A stretch of 64,000 nt of DNA, from positions 32,001 through 96,000 of the forward strand of contig CP186953.1 of the NCBI GenBank assembly GCA_049570475.1, in the 5' to 3' direction. Source of the DNA: Candidatus Methanosuratincola verstraetei. Lineage in GTDB: Archaea; Thermoproteota; Methanomethylicia; Methanomethylicales; Methanomethylicaceae. This document shows, piece by piece, positions 1 through 10,461 of this stretch (its first letter is position 1; each line of letters starts with the position of its first letter). The notes beneath the pieces are model-generated. The model did no database searches, was not told where the DNA came from, and saw only the letters and a list, made by a program, of their open reading frames with translations. Both the position numbers and the translations under genes were made by a program.

Positions 1-354
1 GGCGTCCCCCCAGAGGAGAGGCGGCGGCGATCCTATGCGCTACTAGAGATGGTCGGGCTGAAGGGCTTCGAGAGGAACCGCCCGTCGATGCTCAGCGGGG
101 GGCAGCAGCAGAGGGTAGCCATCGCCAGGGCTCTTGCGAACGAGCCCCAGATAATCCTGGCAGACGAGCCCACCGGGAACCTCGACTCGAAGTCTAGCCA
201 CGAGATAATCGAGATCCTGAGGAGGCTCAACGAGGAGAAGGGGGTTACGATTGTGATGGTCACGCACAACCTGGAGTTGACATCTTACTGTGACAAGACA
301 TGGTTCTTCAGGGACGGCAAGATTGAGAGGGAGGAGGTCAGGAATGCAAAGTAA
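1..354 (+). CDS. ABC transporter ATP-binding protein (LolD/MacB type), 5'-partial
   Basis: [15 protein letters not shown] signature, [11 protein letters not shown] Walker B and VTHN H-loop; frame is open back to base 1. Confidence 0.93.
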   Translation, partial: GVPPEERRRRSYALLEMVGLKGFERNRPSMLSGGQQQRVAIARALANEPQIILADEPTGNLDSKSSHEIIEILRRLNEEKGVTIVMVTHNLELTSYCDKTWFFRDGKIEREEVRNAK

Positions 355-2137
355 GCATAATAAATGTCTTAATCGACAATATTGCGGTGCAATCGCTGTG
401 CCGCGTTTGAATGGGCTGAAGCCTGCTTTGGCAATCGCCCTGCTGGTTGCGATCATGATGCCGCTTTTGCCGCCTGCGGAGGGCGCAGTGAACATCACGC
501 TCAGGTCGGACACGCAGGTGCTCGTCGCCGGGGCTGAGAACACGATAAGATTCACGGTGGCGAACACCGGCAACAACACCGCGAACGAGGTGGTGGCATC
601 TGCATCCATTGGGACCTCGCTCACCGGAGGGAACCTGCTCATGATCGTCGGAGGGGACGGCAGGTACAACCTCTCGACAATAGGGCCTGGGGAGGAGTCC
701 CAGTTCAACATGACAGTCTACGTCTCCCCCTCTGCAGTCGGGCAGATAATCCAGATCTCCTTCACGATCAGCTACAGGAACGAGAGCGCCGTCGCGACCA
801 CATCCGTGACCAGATCCGTCGGCTTCAGCGTCTCCAACAGAGACCTGGGCTCGGCGACGCTGGTGCCGAGGATCGTGCCTGGCGAGATCAACCCAGGGCA
901 GAACAACACGCTCACTTTGGCGATAGACAATGTCGGGAAGAGGGGAGCGACCAACATCTCCGTCTCTTTGGGGTACCCTGGCAGCAGCGCAGGGGCCTCG
1001 CAGGCAGGCACATCCTCAATACTGACCGCGCTCACAACCACCCCTACGGGGACCGTCCAAGGATCCTCCCAGTTCATCATATACGACAGTTCGGGGAGGT
1101 GGATAATCGACTCGATAGACGCGAACGGGACTGTTGAAATTCCAGTCACGCTGTATGCGCTCCCTTCGACTGCAGGATCTGTCTTCCTCTTCCCCGTCCA
1201 GCTCTCCTACACTGACGGCTTTACATACGTGCAGGAGACTAGGTACGCCGGGACAAGGGCACTCCCTGCCCCGTCTGAGGCGACGAGCTTCAGCATCCAG
1301 CTCAGCACGCAGGAGCTGGTGGCAGGCAGGGTGAATTCGCTGGAGATGAGGGTGAAGAATGTGGGCGCTGGGCAGGCGAGCGGGGTCGTCTTGGGCATCG
1401 GGCTCTCGCAGACCACATCCGGGTCGATCTCAATCCCGTCGTCGTCTTCTTCGCTCGCGCTCATCGGCAGCGATGGCACATGGGTGCTCGGGAGCATGGC
1501 TCCGGGCGAGGAGAAAGCAGTCAATTTGAATGTTTACGTCCCGGCCTCGGCATCGGGATCAATCACATCGCTCTCCACTTCACTCTACTACACTGACTCT
1601 CTCTCAAGGTCCAGGCAGGAGACTAAGCAGCTCGGGATCCTGGTCAAGGGGGAGGTGAGCCTCGTGGTCCTCGAGACCTCAACGTTCCCGCAGAACATCA
1701 CACTGGGCAAGCCATTCTCGGTCTCGGTCACGATGATAAACATCGGATCTGCGCCAGCCAAGAGCGCCATCCTCTCGCCATCTGGGAACGGCGGACTCAG
1801 GCCCACCTCGAGCGACAGGATATTCATAGGCGACATTGCGGTTGACGTTCCCTCCTCGTTCACCCTGAGCATGGTGGGCGAGAACATCACATCCGGGGCT
1901 TACACGCTGAACCTCTCGTACACCTACAAGGACAGCCTCGGCCAGATCCAAACATCCTCCCTCCTGGTGCCCCTGAACCTGAAGGTGGCTGAGGCAAACA
2001 ACGGTTCGCAGCAGCCGTCCCAGCCCGCGTATTCCGCCTTCCTTGGCACTTATTGGCCGTATCTCGTCGCAGTGGCTGTTGCGATCGCGGCCGCTGCCAT
2101 ATACATGAAGCGGAGGAAGCGTGGTAGCGCCCAATGA
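344..2137 (+). CDS. COG1361-like S-layer-domain membrane-anchored protein
   Basis: Signal peptide, repeated Ig-like NxG..A modules, C-terminal TM helix plus KRRKR; lies between ABC ATPase and permease; GAGGAGGT precedes ATG 344. Confidence 0.8.
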   Translation: MQSKHNKCLNRQYCGAIAVPRLNGLKPALAIALLVAIMMPLLPPAEGAVNITLRSDTQVLVAGAENTIRFTVANTGNNTANEVVASASIGTSLTGGNLLMIVGGDGRYNLSTIGPGEESQFNMTVYVSPSAVGQIIQISFTISYRNESAVATTSVTRSVGFSVSNRDLGSATLVPRIVPGEINPGQNNTLTLAIDNVGKRGATNISVSLGYPGSSAGASQAGTSSILTALTTTPTGTVQGSSQFIIYDSSGRWIIDSIDANGTVEIPVTLYALPSTAGSVFLFPVQLSYTDGFTYVQETRYAGTRALPAPSEATSFSIQLSTQELVAGRVNSLEMRVKNVGAGQASGVVLGIGLSQTTSGSISIPSSSSSLALIGSDGTWVLGSMAPGEEKAVNLNVYVPASASGSITSLSTSLYYTDSLSRSRQETKQLGILVKGEVSLVVLETSTFPQNITLGKPFSVSVTMINIGSAPAKSAILSPSGNGGLRPTSSDRIFIGDIAVDVPSSFTLSMVGENITSGAYTLNLSYTYKDSLGQIQTSSLLVPLNLKVAEANNGSQQPSQPAYSAFLGTYWPYLVAVAVAIAAAAIYMKRRKRGSAQ

Positions 2138-3351
2138 AATCCTCCGACATCCTCAAATGGGGTCTGCGCGGCATAAGGCAGCGCAAGCTCAGGGCAGCGC
2201 TCACGATACTGGGGATAATGGTGGGCACTGCGGCAGTGATCGCGCTAGTCTCCCAGACCGAGGGGATACAGTCCAGCATCATCGACCAGGTGAACAAGCT
2301 CGGGCCTAACACGATCAGCATCAGGCCAGCGTCGGGCGCGGTGGTCTTGACGCAGACCGACGTCAACAAGATCCTGCAGATACCCGGGGTCGAGTACGTC
2401 GTGCCGGTGGTGACTGCTCCGGTGAGGGTCTACGGCGGGGGCACGTCGCGCCTCTTCACGCTCGTTGGCGTCGACAGCGCAGAGTTCGAGATACTGATAA
2501 GCGACGTGAAGTACGCTGAGGGGAGGCTTTACCAGCCTCTGAGCTACTCCGAGGTCACGGTCGGGTCCTCCGTGAGGCAGCCCCAAGACCTCACATACCC
2601 GATGGTCGCGGTGGGGCAGTCCGCAACCGTTGAGATCGGGCTTGTGAACCCGGTGAGGAAGACCGTCCAGGTTGTCGGCGTCCTAGAGCCCTACGGCACG
2701 TCCGCTCTAGTCTCGGTTGACGACAGCCTCTTCATGTCGCTGAAGGGCGCGATGGCGCTCACGGGTCGGAGCAGCTACAACGCCCTCTTCGTCAAGACCG
2801 TGGACGTGGACTCTGTCGATTACGTCGTCGAGAATGTCAAGGCGATCTACGGGACCAGGCTCAGCATACTCACCGTCAAGCAGATCACGCAGATCGTGTC
2901 AACGATCACGGGTCAGCTCACAGTCCTGCTCGGGGCGATCGCTGCGATCTCCCTGTTCGTGGCAGGGCTTGGGATAATGAACATAATGTTCGTATCCGTG
3001 ATAGAGCGGACGCGCGAGATAGGGGTGCTCAAGGCGCTGGGCTTCACCAACAACGACGTGCTCCTCATATTCCTGTCCGAAGCGACCGTGATGGGAGTGA
3101 TCGGAGGCGTCCTCGGGATATTGGTAGGATCCGGCATATCTTACGTGATACCCATCCTCCTTTCCGCGGGAATCAGCAGGACAGCAGGGTCTTTCGGATC
3201 CGCTCAGTCATTCTCTTACACCCCGATAATAAGGCCGGATATAGCAGCCCTTGTGCTCTTGTTCGCAATAGCGGTCGCGCTGCTCGCCGGGTTCTACCCT
3301 GCCAGGCGCGCGTCGAAGATGGACCCCGTAGTCGCCCTCAGGCACGACTGA
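2134..3351 (+). CDS. ABC transporter permease (MacB/FtsX family)
   Basis: LRAALTILGIMVG, SVIERTREIGVLKALG, GFYPARRASKMDPVVALR motifs. Confidence 0.92.
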   Translation: MKSSDILKWGLRGIRQRKLRAALTILGIMVGTAAVIALVSQTEGIQSSIIDQVNKLGPNTISIRPASGAVVLTQTDVNKILQIPGVEYVVPVVTAPVRVYGGGTSRLFTLVGVDSAEFEILISDVKYAEGRLYQPLSYSEVTVGSSVRQPQDLTYPMVAVGQSATVEIGLVNPVRKTVQVVGVLEPYGTSALVSVDDSLFMSLKGAMALTGRSSYNALFVKTVDVDSVDYVVENVKAIYGTRLSILTVKQITQIVSTITGQLTVLLGAIAAISLFVAGLGIMNIMFVSVIERTREIGVLKALGFTNNDVLLIFLSEATVMGVIGGVLGILVGSGISYVIPILLSAGISRTAGSFGSAQSFSYTPIIRPDIAALVLLFAIAVALLAGFYPARRASKMDPVVALRHD

Positions 3352-3442
3352 TTGGCGGATGGCAGCGCAACTGGAAGTGGAGAGTGCAAGCAGCCCCCCT
3401 CAGAATGTTTAAATATTTGGCGAATTTTTTTCTAAAATCACC

Positions 3443-3501
3443 GGTGATGGTGTCCACCAAGGCATAGCCTGAACTGCCTCATTGAGGCTGATGACGCCTG
3501 C
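3443..3501 (+). promoter_or_regulatory. Fluoride riboswitch (crcB motif)
   Basis: GGTGATGGTGTCCACC...AACTGCCTCATTGAGGCTGATGACGCCTGC fits the consensus, including the GGUGUC/GACGCC pseudoknot; TATA TTTAAATA at 3408-3415. Confidence 0.9.
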
Positions 3502-3524
3502 AGCAATGTTGCAGAGGCATAAAT

Positions 3525-4631
3525 ATGGTGGATCTCTACTCGGCGGCTTTGGTTTCGACATCAATAGCGCTTGCAGCAATATTGAGCATCAGGTTTCGCA
3601 TCTCCTCAGCAATCTTTGAGGTAACAGCTGGGATTATCCTCAGCAATTTTCTGGGCGTCCAGATTGAAAGCTGGCTAGACTTCCTTGGGACATTCGGGGG
3701 GCTCATGTTGACATTCCTCGCAGGGGCTGAAATCGAGACGAGGCTGATGAAAAAGAATCTGAAGCCAAGCCTTGTCATAGGCACCATGTCTTTCTTAGCG
3801 CCTTTGCTGGGCGTTGTGTTTTTCCTGACGATATTCACTGATTGGCCGCTAATAACCAAAGTAGCTGCCAGTTTGGCGCTTACAACGACTTCAGTGGCTG
3901 TGGTCTATGCAGTCTTGACCGAATACGATTTGCTGAAATTGCAGATAGGGTCTGTAATAATCGCAGTCACTTTTGTAAACGACATAATGACGCTTATTGG
4001 AATCAACATCTTGAGCCCCTCCTTCAATCTCTATACCCTGTTGTTCTTCGCAATAATTCTGTCAATGATATTAATCATCCCGAGGATGCTGAAATACGTC
4101 TTTATCAAATATGGGCGAAGATCTGTCGAAATAGAATTGAGGCTAATCTTGGCGTTAATCCTGGGCGTTGCGCTAATTGCCGATGTGGGCAAGCTGCATG
4201 CCGTTTTCGGCGTCTTTTTGCTTGGGTTTCTCTTTGCAAACAGCATTCAAAAATACGATGAGATAAGGTCCAAGATGAGGACAATCACATTCGCCTTGCT
4301 GTCGCCTGCATTTTTCATAAAGGCAGGCCTGTTGATAAGCCTGCCAACGGTTGCAAACAACATCGCCCTGGTTTTGGGAATTTTAGCCGCGAAGCTCTTG
4401 TCAAAGTTCGCTGGGACTTACCTGCTTTGCAAGAAGTGGATCCCAGAAGGCGCGGCATTTTCGACTCTCATGTTCTCCACAGGATTGACGGTCGGGATAA
4501 TAACCGCCACGCTAGGGTTCGAGCTTGGCCTGCTGGACCGGACTCAATTTTCGATAATCGTAATTTCGGTAATCCTGAGCGCGATTGTGCCAACAATTAT
4601 CGCAAAGAAGTATATCCCTAAAAAAATATGA
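3525..4631 (+). CDS. Cation:proton antiporter (CPA2/Kef-like, no KTN domain)
   Basis: Multi-TM protein; LTFLAGAEI, TTSVAVV, FVNDI and PAFFIKAG motifs. Confidence 0.85.
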   Translation: MVDLYSAALVSTSIALAAILSIRFRISSAIFEVTAGIILSNFLGVQIESWLDFLGTFGGLMLTFLAGAEIETRLMKKNLKPSLVIGTMSFLAPLLGVVFFLTIFTDWPLITKVAASLALTTTSVAVVYAVLTEYDLLKLQIGSVIIAVTFVNDIMTLIGINILSPSFNLYTLLFFAIILSMILIIPRMLKYVFIKYGRRSVEIELRLILALILGVALIADVGKLHAVFGVFLLGFLFANSIQKYDEIRSKMRTITFALLSPAFFIKAGLLISLPTVANNIALVLGILAAKLLSKFAGTYLLCKKWIPEGAAFSTLMFSTGLTVGIITATLGFELGLLDRTQFSIIVISVILSAIVPTIIAKKYIPKKI

Positions 4632-4722
4632 GGTGGCATGAAATGCCCGACTGCCGCTTCCGTATTGCGATGCATCCAAAGAAGTTAAATCAGGGGCAGC
4701 CAAATTATCGTATTGAAGGTCG

Positions 4723-5163
4723 ATGAAAATGGGCTCTAAGGCAAACCGAATAATCGTTGCGATCGATGCATCCCCTATTTCAGAAACTGTGATGAGGGAA
4801 GCAGCCGAGATAGCCCGCTCACTGTCATCCGACGTATATGTTATAAGTGTCATACCTGTGCCTTCCTTGGTCATGTCCGAGAGCGATGTCGACAGCAAAG
4901 AGATCCGTGCTCAAGGCGATTCATATGCGGTTCTGCACAATTCGTTGATTACGAAGTACTTCTCGGATACCAAACTCCTGGTCGAATCAAAAGTTTTGCA
5001 CGGCGATCCGGTTAAAAAGATATGCGAATTCGCCGAATCCATGAATGCCCGCCTAATAGTGCTTGGAAGCCGGGGCATGGGACACTTGCAGGCCTTCCTT
5101 TTGGGGAGCACCTCAGAAGGGGTGCTGAGAAACGCCAAGACTTCCGTAATGGTAGTCAAGTGA
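4723..5163 (+). CDS. Universal stress protein (UspA family)
   Basis: IIVAIDAS start; GDP..I; LIVLGSRG..LLGSTSEGVLR..SVMVVK. Confidence 0.93.
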   Translation: MKMGSKANRIIVAIDASPISETVMREAAEIARSLSSDVYVISVIPVPSLVMSESDVDSKEIRAQGDSYAVLHNSLITKYFSDTKLLVESKVLHGDPVKKICEFAESMNARLIVLGSRGMGHLQAFLLGSTSEGVLRNAKTSVMVVK

Positions 5164-5245
5164 TGTGGACGTCAAAGGCAGATGATTGCCATAATTGTTT
5201 CCAGCCAAATCTTAGGCCTTTGTAGGAATCTGCTTGAATGAAGAG

Positions 5246-5282
5246 ACTTCAATCCTTGTTTTAATGGAATTTTCACTTAGAC
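5246..5282 (-). CRISPR. Solitary CRISPR repeat with degenerate 3' end; no array
   Basis: Minus strand reads GTCTAAGTGAAAATTCCATTAAAACAAGGATTGAAGT (37 nt), resembling methanogen repeats ending CCATTAAAACAAGGATTGAAAC; abuts a Cas-accessory gene fragment. Confidence 0.75.
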
Positions 5283-5285
5283 TTT

Positions 5286-5984
5286 ATGACAAAGTATATA
5301 GCAAACGCCTATGACTGCTGGGACAAATTCATGCACAACGATGCGCTCGAGCATCTGAAGAAGAGCGCCGATTGCCTGAAACAAAGCTTCAGCAAAACTG
5401 ATCTCTACAAAATGCTATGCAGGAATAGAGGCTTCCTGGAGAGGCTTAGGAACAGCGGCGAGTGTGAGAAATACGTGTACCTGATAGCCGATTTGCTGAA
5501 TAATGCTGAACGGAGAGGTGAAGAGAGCAAGTTCGACGATGCTGTTGCAAGGCTTTACCGCGCAATTGAGATGCTTGCTGAATACAAGCTGAGAAAACTG
5601 GGGATAATGCTGGATAAGATCGATGAATGCAACCTTCCAGTGCAGATCAGGGACAAATGGAAGGACAAGATAAAGGAAGGCAGGATGGAGATAGCTCTTA
5701 AAGAGAAATATGCGCTTCTTAAGGATCTAAGAGACCCATTGGGCGAAAAATATGAGGACCGACAGCTTAAAGATCTCCTCAAGAAGCGCAACTATTCGAT
5801 ACTCGCCCACGGGCACGAGCATGTTGTACAAGATGATTATCAAAAACTGCTAGAAAAGGTCAAAATGATTGCAAGAGATGAAATCTCTATTCTTGAGCAG
5901 CTTCAAGAAGACGCAAAATTCCCTTCATTGAAAGACGATGATCTGCTCACGATAATTGGCATCAGGTGCCCCAAGCAATCTTAG
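5286..5984 (+). pseudogene. TIGR02710-family CRISPR-associated CARF/HEPN protein, C-terminal part only
   Basis: AYDCWDKF, DLLNNAERR, FDDAVARLYRAIE and RNYSILAHG motifs; N-terminal CARF region absent; in-frame TAA just upstream, inside the repeat. Confidence 0.75.
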
Positions 5985-6058
5985 GACGCAACATCGGCTT
6001 TTTTTAATCTCTTGCCCTTCTTGGATCAGCAAAAAATGGCAAATGGAAAAAATTTAGT

Positions 6059-7708
6059 TCACTTCAGGACCGCGCCTGTGGAGGCTGAAGTCACCATCCG
6101 GCTGTACCTGTAGAACGCCCCCTTCTTGTATTTCGGCTCAGGCGGCACCCACTTCGAGAGCCTTGACCTGATCTCCTCGTCGCTCAGATCCACCTCGAGG
6201 AGCCTCTTCTCCACGTCAATCCTCACCAGGTCCCCGTCCCTGACGGCTGCAATTGGACCGCCCTCGGCAGCCTCCGGGGAGACGTGCCCAATCATCATGC
6301 CATGAGTCGCGCCAGAGAACCTGCCGTCCGTTATCATCGCAACCTTCTCGCCGATGCCCATGCCCACGAGCATGGATGTGAGCTGGAGCATCTCCCTCAT
6401 CCCAGGGCCGCCCTTTGGCCCTTCATACCTTATGATGACTGCGGTCCCCTCGGCGATCTTGCCTTCCGTTGCCGCGGCGATGCCGTCCTCCTCCCTGTCG
6501 AATACCAATGCCCTCCCCTCGAACTTCAGCCTCTTCAGCCCTGCGGTCTTTATGACCGCCCCGTCGGGCGCCAGGTTCCCCCTCAGCACAGCCAGTGTCC
6601 CAGTCGGCCTTATGGGGTCAAGCGCAGGCCTGATCGTGCCCCCGATGACGGATGCCCGCTCGACGCTCTTGCCTATGCTCTCACCTGTCACGGTGAGCGG
6701 CTTCGGATCGATTAGCCCCAACTGAGAGAGCTGCTTCATCAGCGCCATCACGCCGCCGGCCCTGTCGAGATCCTCCATCGGCACGTCCCCGGCAGGCATC
6801 ATGCTCACGAGCTGCGGAGTCCTCCTGCTTATCTCGTCGAATGTCTCGAGCTTCAGAGGCACCCCGGCTTCGTGCGCGATCGCCATCAGGTGGAGTATCG
6901 CGTTCGTGGAGCCGCCCATCGAGACGTCGACCGTGATGGCATTCCGCAATGATGCTTCGGTCACTATCTTCGTTGGCGTTATCCCTGCCTTCATGAGATC
7001 CATTATCTTCATCCCGGCATGCTTAGCCAGCCTCAGCCTCCTTGCGTCGACAGCAGGGACGGTGCCGCTGCCCGGCAGCGATAGCCCCATCGCCTCGATG
7101 AGACATGCGAGCGTATTTGCAGTATACATCCCGGCGCATGACCCTGGGCCAGGGCAGGAGTACTCCTCTATCTCCTTGAGCTCCTCCTCACTCATCTTGC
7201 CGTTGAGGTACGCCCCTATGCTCTCGAAGGTCATGTCGAGAGACAGGCGCTTCCCCTTGTGCACGCCGCATAGCATCGGCCCCCCGGTAACGAAAATGGA
7301 AGGGACATCGACCCTGAGCGCTGCCATCACCATCCCAGGCTCAATCTTGTCGCAGCTGCAGACGAAGACAAGCCCGTCGAAGGAGTACGCATTCGCGACC
7401 ACCTCGACCGAGTCCGCAACGATCTCCCGGCTGACTAGAGGGCTCCGCATCCCCTCGTGCCCCATCGCTATCCCGTCGCATATGCCTATCGTGTTGAACT
7501 CGAGGGGCGTGCCGCCAGCCATCCTGACGCCGGCCTTCACAGCCTCGGCAATCCTGTTCAGGTGGACGTGGCCCGGTATGATTTCGTTCCACGAGTTGAC
7601 TATCCCAATTATCGGGCGAGATATCTCCTCGTCTATCAGCCCGAGGGCCTTGAAGAGTGCCCTGTGCGGCGCCTTCTGGATGCCTTTCTTGACGACGTCC
7701 GAGCGCAT
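6059..7708 (-). CDS. ilvD: Dihydroxy-acid dehydratase
   Basis: CDGIAMGH, CDKIEPG, CAGMYTANT, GGSTN, GPKGGPGMREML, TDGRFSG, GHVSPEA. Confidence 0.96.
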   Translation of the reverse strand: MRSDVVKKGIQKAPHRALFKALGLIDEEISRPIIGIVNSWNEIIPGHVHLNRIAEAVKAGVRMAGGTPLEFNTIGICDGIAMGHEGMRSPLVSREIVADSVEVVANAYSFDGLVFVCSCDKIEPGMVMAALRVDVPSIFVTGGPMLCGVHKGKRLSLDMTFESIGAYLNGKMSEEELKEIEEYSCPGPGSCAGMYTANTLACLIEAMGLSLPGSGTVPAVDARRLRLAKHAGMKIMDLMKAGITPTKIVTEASLRNAITVDVSMGGSTNAILHLMAIAHEAGVPLKLETFDEISRRTPQLVSMMPAGDVPMEDLDRAGGVMALMKQLSQLGLIDPKPLTVTGESIGKSVERASVIGGTIRPALDPIRPTGTLAVLRGNLAPDGAVIKTAGLKRLKFEGRALVFDREEDGIAAATEGKIAEGTAVIIRYEGPKGGPGMREMLQLTSMLVGMGIGEKVAMITDGRFSGATHGMMIGHVSPEAAEGGPIAAVRDGDLVRIDVEKRLLEVDLSDEEIRSRLSKWVPPEPKYKKGAFYRYSRMVTSASTGAVLK

Positions 7709-7773
7709 AGATACCACAGAGTCCATTTGAAAAGAATCGATATATAACACTTTGACCAACGGGCTAAACAAAT

Positions 7774-8646
7774 GTGGGGGGCTTCTCCACGGACCTCTAC
7801 CTGATGGCTCTGCTAATCCTCCTCTTCGGCGTATTCGCGGGCAGCCTAGGCGCAATGCTCGGCCTCGGCGGCGGGGTGCTGATGATCATCTTCCTCCTGC
7901 TCGCGCTGAACCTCCCTGCGCACCAAGCGGTCGCGCTGAGCCTTATAGCGGTCATAGCAAGCTCAAGCATGGCAGGCAGCGTCTACATAAAGGACAAGAT
8001 GACGAATTTGAGGCTGGCGATGGTCCTAGAGGCATTCACGGTGACGGGCGCGGTAGCAGGGGCATACCTCGCGATAGGGATGCCCGTCTGGGTAATACAG
8101 GCCCTGCTGGGGTGCGTGCTTTTTTACACCTCGATCACAATGTTCAGGGAGAGGAAGGTTGACCCGGACGGCTCCGAGACTGCGCCCCGAGAAGGGGCGG
8201 GCGGGAGGGGGTCGGTCCTGGATGGTAGCTTCTATGACGAGCAGTCATCTGCGACTGTGAGCTATGGTGTGAAGAACCTCAAGCTGGGCTCGGTCACAAG
8301 TTTCATCGCAGGCGCCGTCTCCGGGATGGTCGGCATAGGGGGCGGTGTGATAAAGGTGCCGGTAATGAACCTTGTGATGAAGATACCAATCAAGGCTGCC
8401 GCTGCGACGAGCAACTTCATGGTAGGCGTGACTGCCGCAGCCAGCGCTGTGATTTACTTTGAGAGCGGCCTTGTCGACCTGAAGCTGGCAGCCCCGACAA
8501 TAATGGGCATCATGATAGGGGCTTACATTGGCACCAGGCTCCTAGCAAAGTCGAGATCCGCAGTGGTAAGGAAGGTCCTGGCAGTGGTCCTCTCGTTCTT
8601 CGGCGCAGTCCTGATTCTTAAGGCTGGGGGGATCCTGGCTTGGTGA
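7774..8646 (+). CDS. Sulfite exporter TauE/SafE family protein
   Basis: Two GLGGG/GIGGG repeats, AAATSNFM, hydrophobic. Confidence 0.88.
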   Translation: MGGFSTDLYLMALLILLFGVFAGSLGAMLGLGGGVLMIIFLLLALNLPAHQAVALSLIAVIASSSMAGSVYIKDKMTNLRLAMVLEAFTVTGAVAGAYLAIGMPVWVIQALLGCVLFYTSITMFRERKVDPDGSETAPREGAGGRGSVLDGSFYDEQSSATVSYGVKNLKLGSVTSFIAGAVSGMVGIGGGVIKVPVMNLVMKIPIKAAAATSNFMVGVTAAASAVIYFESGLVDLKLAAPTIMGIMIGAYIGTRLLAKSRSAVVRKVLAVVLSFFGAVLILKAGGILAW

Positions 8647-8894
8647 CCGTGGAGGAGCTGATCTCGTGGGTCCTCAGGATAGGGGTGCTCAGCGGAGTCG
8701 CCATAACGGCCCTGGGGTTCTTCTTATCCGCGGATCTCGCCTGGGCAGGCGTCCTCATCCTGATACTTACCCCCTTCATGCGCGTGCTGATGGCAGGGGT
8801 ATACTTCCTTGCCCGCAAGGAGTACCCTTTCTTCTTCCTTGCTGCATATGTGATAATGATGCTTGTGATAGGGAGTTTTTTGCGGATAAGTTAA
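8640..8894 (+). CDS. Small membrane protein (DUF1634-like)
   Basis: LRIGVL...GVLILILTPFMRV; usual partner downstream of TauE. Confidence 0.7.
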   Translation: MVTVEELISWVLRIGVLSGVAITALGFFLSADLAWAGVLILILTPFMRVLMAGVYFLARKEYPFFFLAAYVIMMLVIGSFLRIS

Positions 8895-9008
8895 TCACGC
8901 AAGCCATCAAGTCACATCATTGCGAAGCCCGCACCCTTCACCCGTTGCTCTGCAGAACGACAACAGGATTTTTAAGAGGAGAGGGCTGATAGACAATTGG
9001 TGTCTTGT

Positions 9009-10106
9009 ATGGTTAAGACGACGTTGAGCGTGCTCAAGGCGGATGTTGGCTCTCTTGCGGGGCACCATGTCGTGCACCCGATGCAGCTGAAGGCTGCCCA
9101 GGATGCCATGAAAGAGGCTAAAGACTCTGGGCTGATAAGCGACTTCCATGTCACAAACTGCGGTGATGACATCGAGCTGATCATCACTCACAAGAAGGGG
9201 GAGGACAACCCCGAGATACACAACCTGGCGTGGGAGACCTTCAAGAAGGCGGCAAAGGTCGCTGAAGATTTGGGGCTCTACGCCGCGGGGCAGGACCTCC
9301 TCTGCGAAGCGTTCTCCGGGAACCTGAAAGGCTTGGGCCCGGGATACGCCGAGATGGAGTTCGAGGAGAGGAAGAGCGAGCCCGTAGTCGTGTTCATGGC
9401 AGACAAGACCGAACCGGGGGCATTCAACCTCCCGCTCTACAAGGTCTTCGCCGACCCGTTCTCAACAGCCGGGCTTGTGATCGACCCGACGATGCACGAC
9501 GGGTTTAATTTCCAAGTCTTGGACGTGCTGGACGGCACCTCCTTCGAGCTGAAGACCCCTGAGGAGTCCTACGACCTCCTTGCGCTCATCGGGACCACGG
9601 GGAGGTACATCCTAAAGAAGATCAGCAAGAAGGACGGGACTGTTGCTTCCAAAGTGAGCATCACGAGGCTTTGCCTCATAGCCGGCAGGTATGTCGGGAA
9701 GGACGACCCCGTCGCGATAGTCAGGGCGCAGCACGGCCTCCCGGCGGTCGGGGAGATCCTGGAGCCCTTTGCGTTCCCGCACCTAGTCGCGGGATGGATG
9801 CGCGGATCCCACTACGGCCCAATCATGCCCGTGGCGCAGAGGAACGCCCGGTGCACAAGGTTCGACGGCCCGCCGAGGCTCATAGCGCTGGGCTTCCAGA
9901 TCAAGAACGGCAGGCTGACAGGCCCATCCGATCTCTTCGATGACCCTGCATTCGACATGACCAGGGCAAAGGCATGCGAGATAGCCGATTACATGAGGAG
10001 GCACGGCCCGTTCATGCCAGAGCGGCTTGGGCCGGAGGAGATGGAATACACCACGATGCCCCAGGTGCTTGAAAAGCTCAAGTCGAGGGGCAAGAAGGAG
10101 GAGTAG
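9009..10106 (+). CDS. fbp: Fructose-1,6-bisphosphate aldolase/phosphatase (class V)
   Basis: KADVGS.AGH, GDD, AGQDLL, DKTEPGAFN, YVGKDDP, GWMRGSH. Confidence 0.96.
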   Translation: MVKTTLSVLKADVGSLAGHHVVHPMQLKAAQDAMKEAKDSGLISDFHVTNCGDDIELIITHKKGEDNPEIHNLAWETFKKAAKVAEDLGLYAAGQDLLCEAFSGNLKGLGPGYAEMEFEERKSEPVVVFMADKTEPGAFNLPLYKVFADPFSTAGLVIDPTMHDGFNFQVLDVLDGTSFELKTPEESYDLLALIGTTGRYILKKISKKDGTVASKVSITRLCLIAGRYVGKDDPVAIVRAQHGLPAVGEILEPFAFPHLVAGWMRGSHYGPIMPVAQRNARCTRFDGPPRLIALGFQIKNGRLTGPSDLFDDPAFDMTRAKACEIADYMRRHGPFMPERLGPEEMEYTTMPQVLEKLKSRGKKEE

Positions 10107-10138
10107 CGCAGCGCGGCGCTGCTCCGATTGGAAGACCG

Positions 10139-10423
10139 GTGGCTGGCTTGCGGGTCAAGGTCTCTTACCTTTCCATCCTCAGGGACGCGACAGGCGTGAA
10201 GGAGGAGGAGATCCAGCTGGAGGAGGGCTCGACAGTCGAGGACCTCATTGGCTTCCTGATCGAGAAATACGGTGAGAAGGTGAGGCGCCTGCTCACCGAC
10301 TCAGAGATCGAGCAAGGGATCATGATAACGCTGGACGGCGTCCTCCTCTCGAAGGCAGACATGAAGAATCCGATCTCCGACGGATCGGAGGTGCTTATCG
10401 GCCTCCCGCCCTTCGGGGGCTAG
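10139..10423 (+). CDS. MoaD/ThiS/SAMP ubiquitin-like protein
   Basis: Beta-grasp pattern and C-terminal PPFGG. Confidence 0.88.
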   Translation: MAGLRVKVSYLSILRDATGVKEEEIQLEEGSTVEDLIGFLIEKYGEKVRRLLTDSEIEQGIMITLDGVLLSKADMKNPISDGSEVLIGLPPFGG

Positions 10424-10461
10424 CCTTAACCGATCCGCAGCCAGAAGAGCAATATATTGTA

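Noticed and set aside
4638-4688. 16-codon ORF MKCPTAASVLRCIQRS with GAGGTG SD after the antiporter
   Set aside because: Too short to support; at most a remnant.
5163-5245. Second CRISPR repeat (GTTTCCAGCC at about 5197)
   Set aside because: Only the first 10 nt resemble the repeat, and the 49-nt offset is too short for repeat plus spacer.
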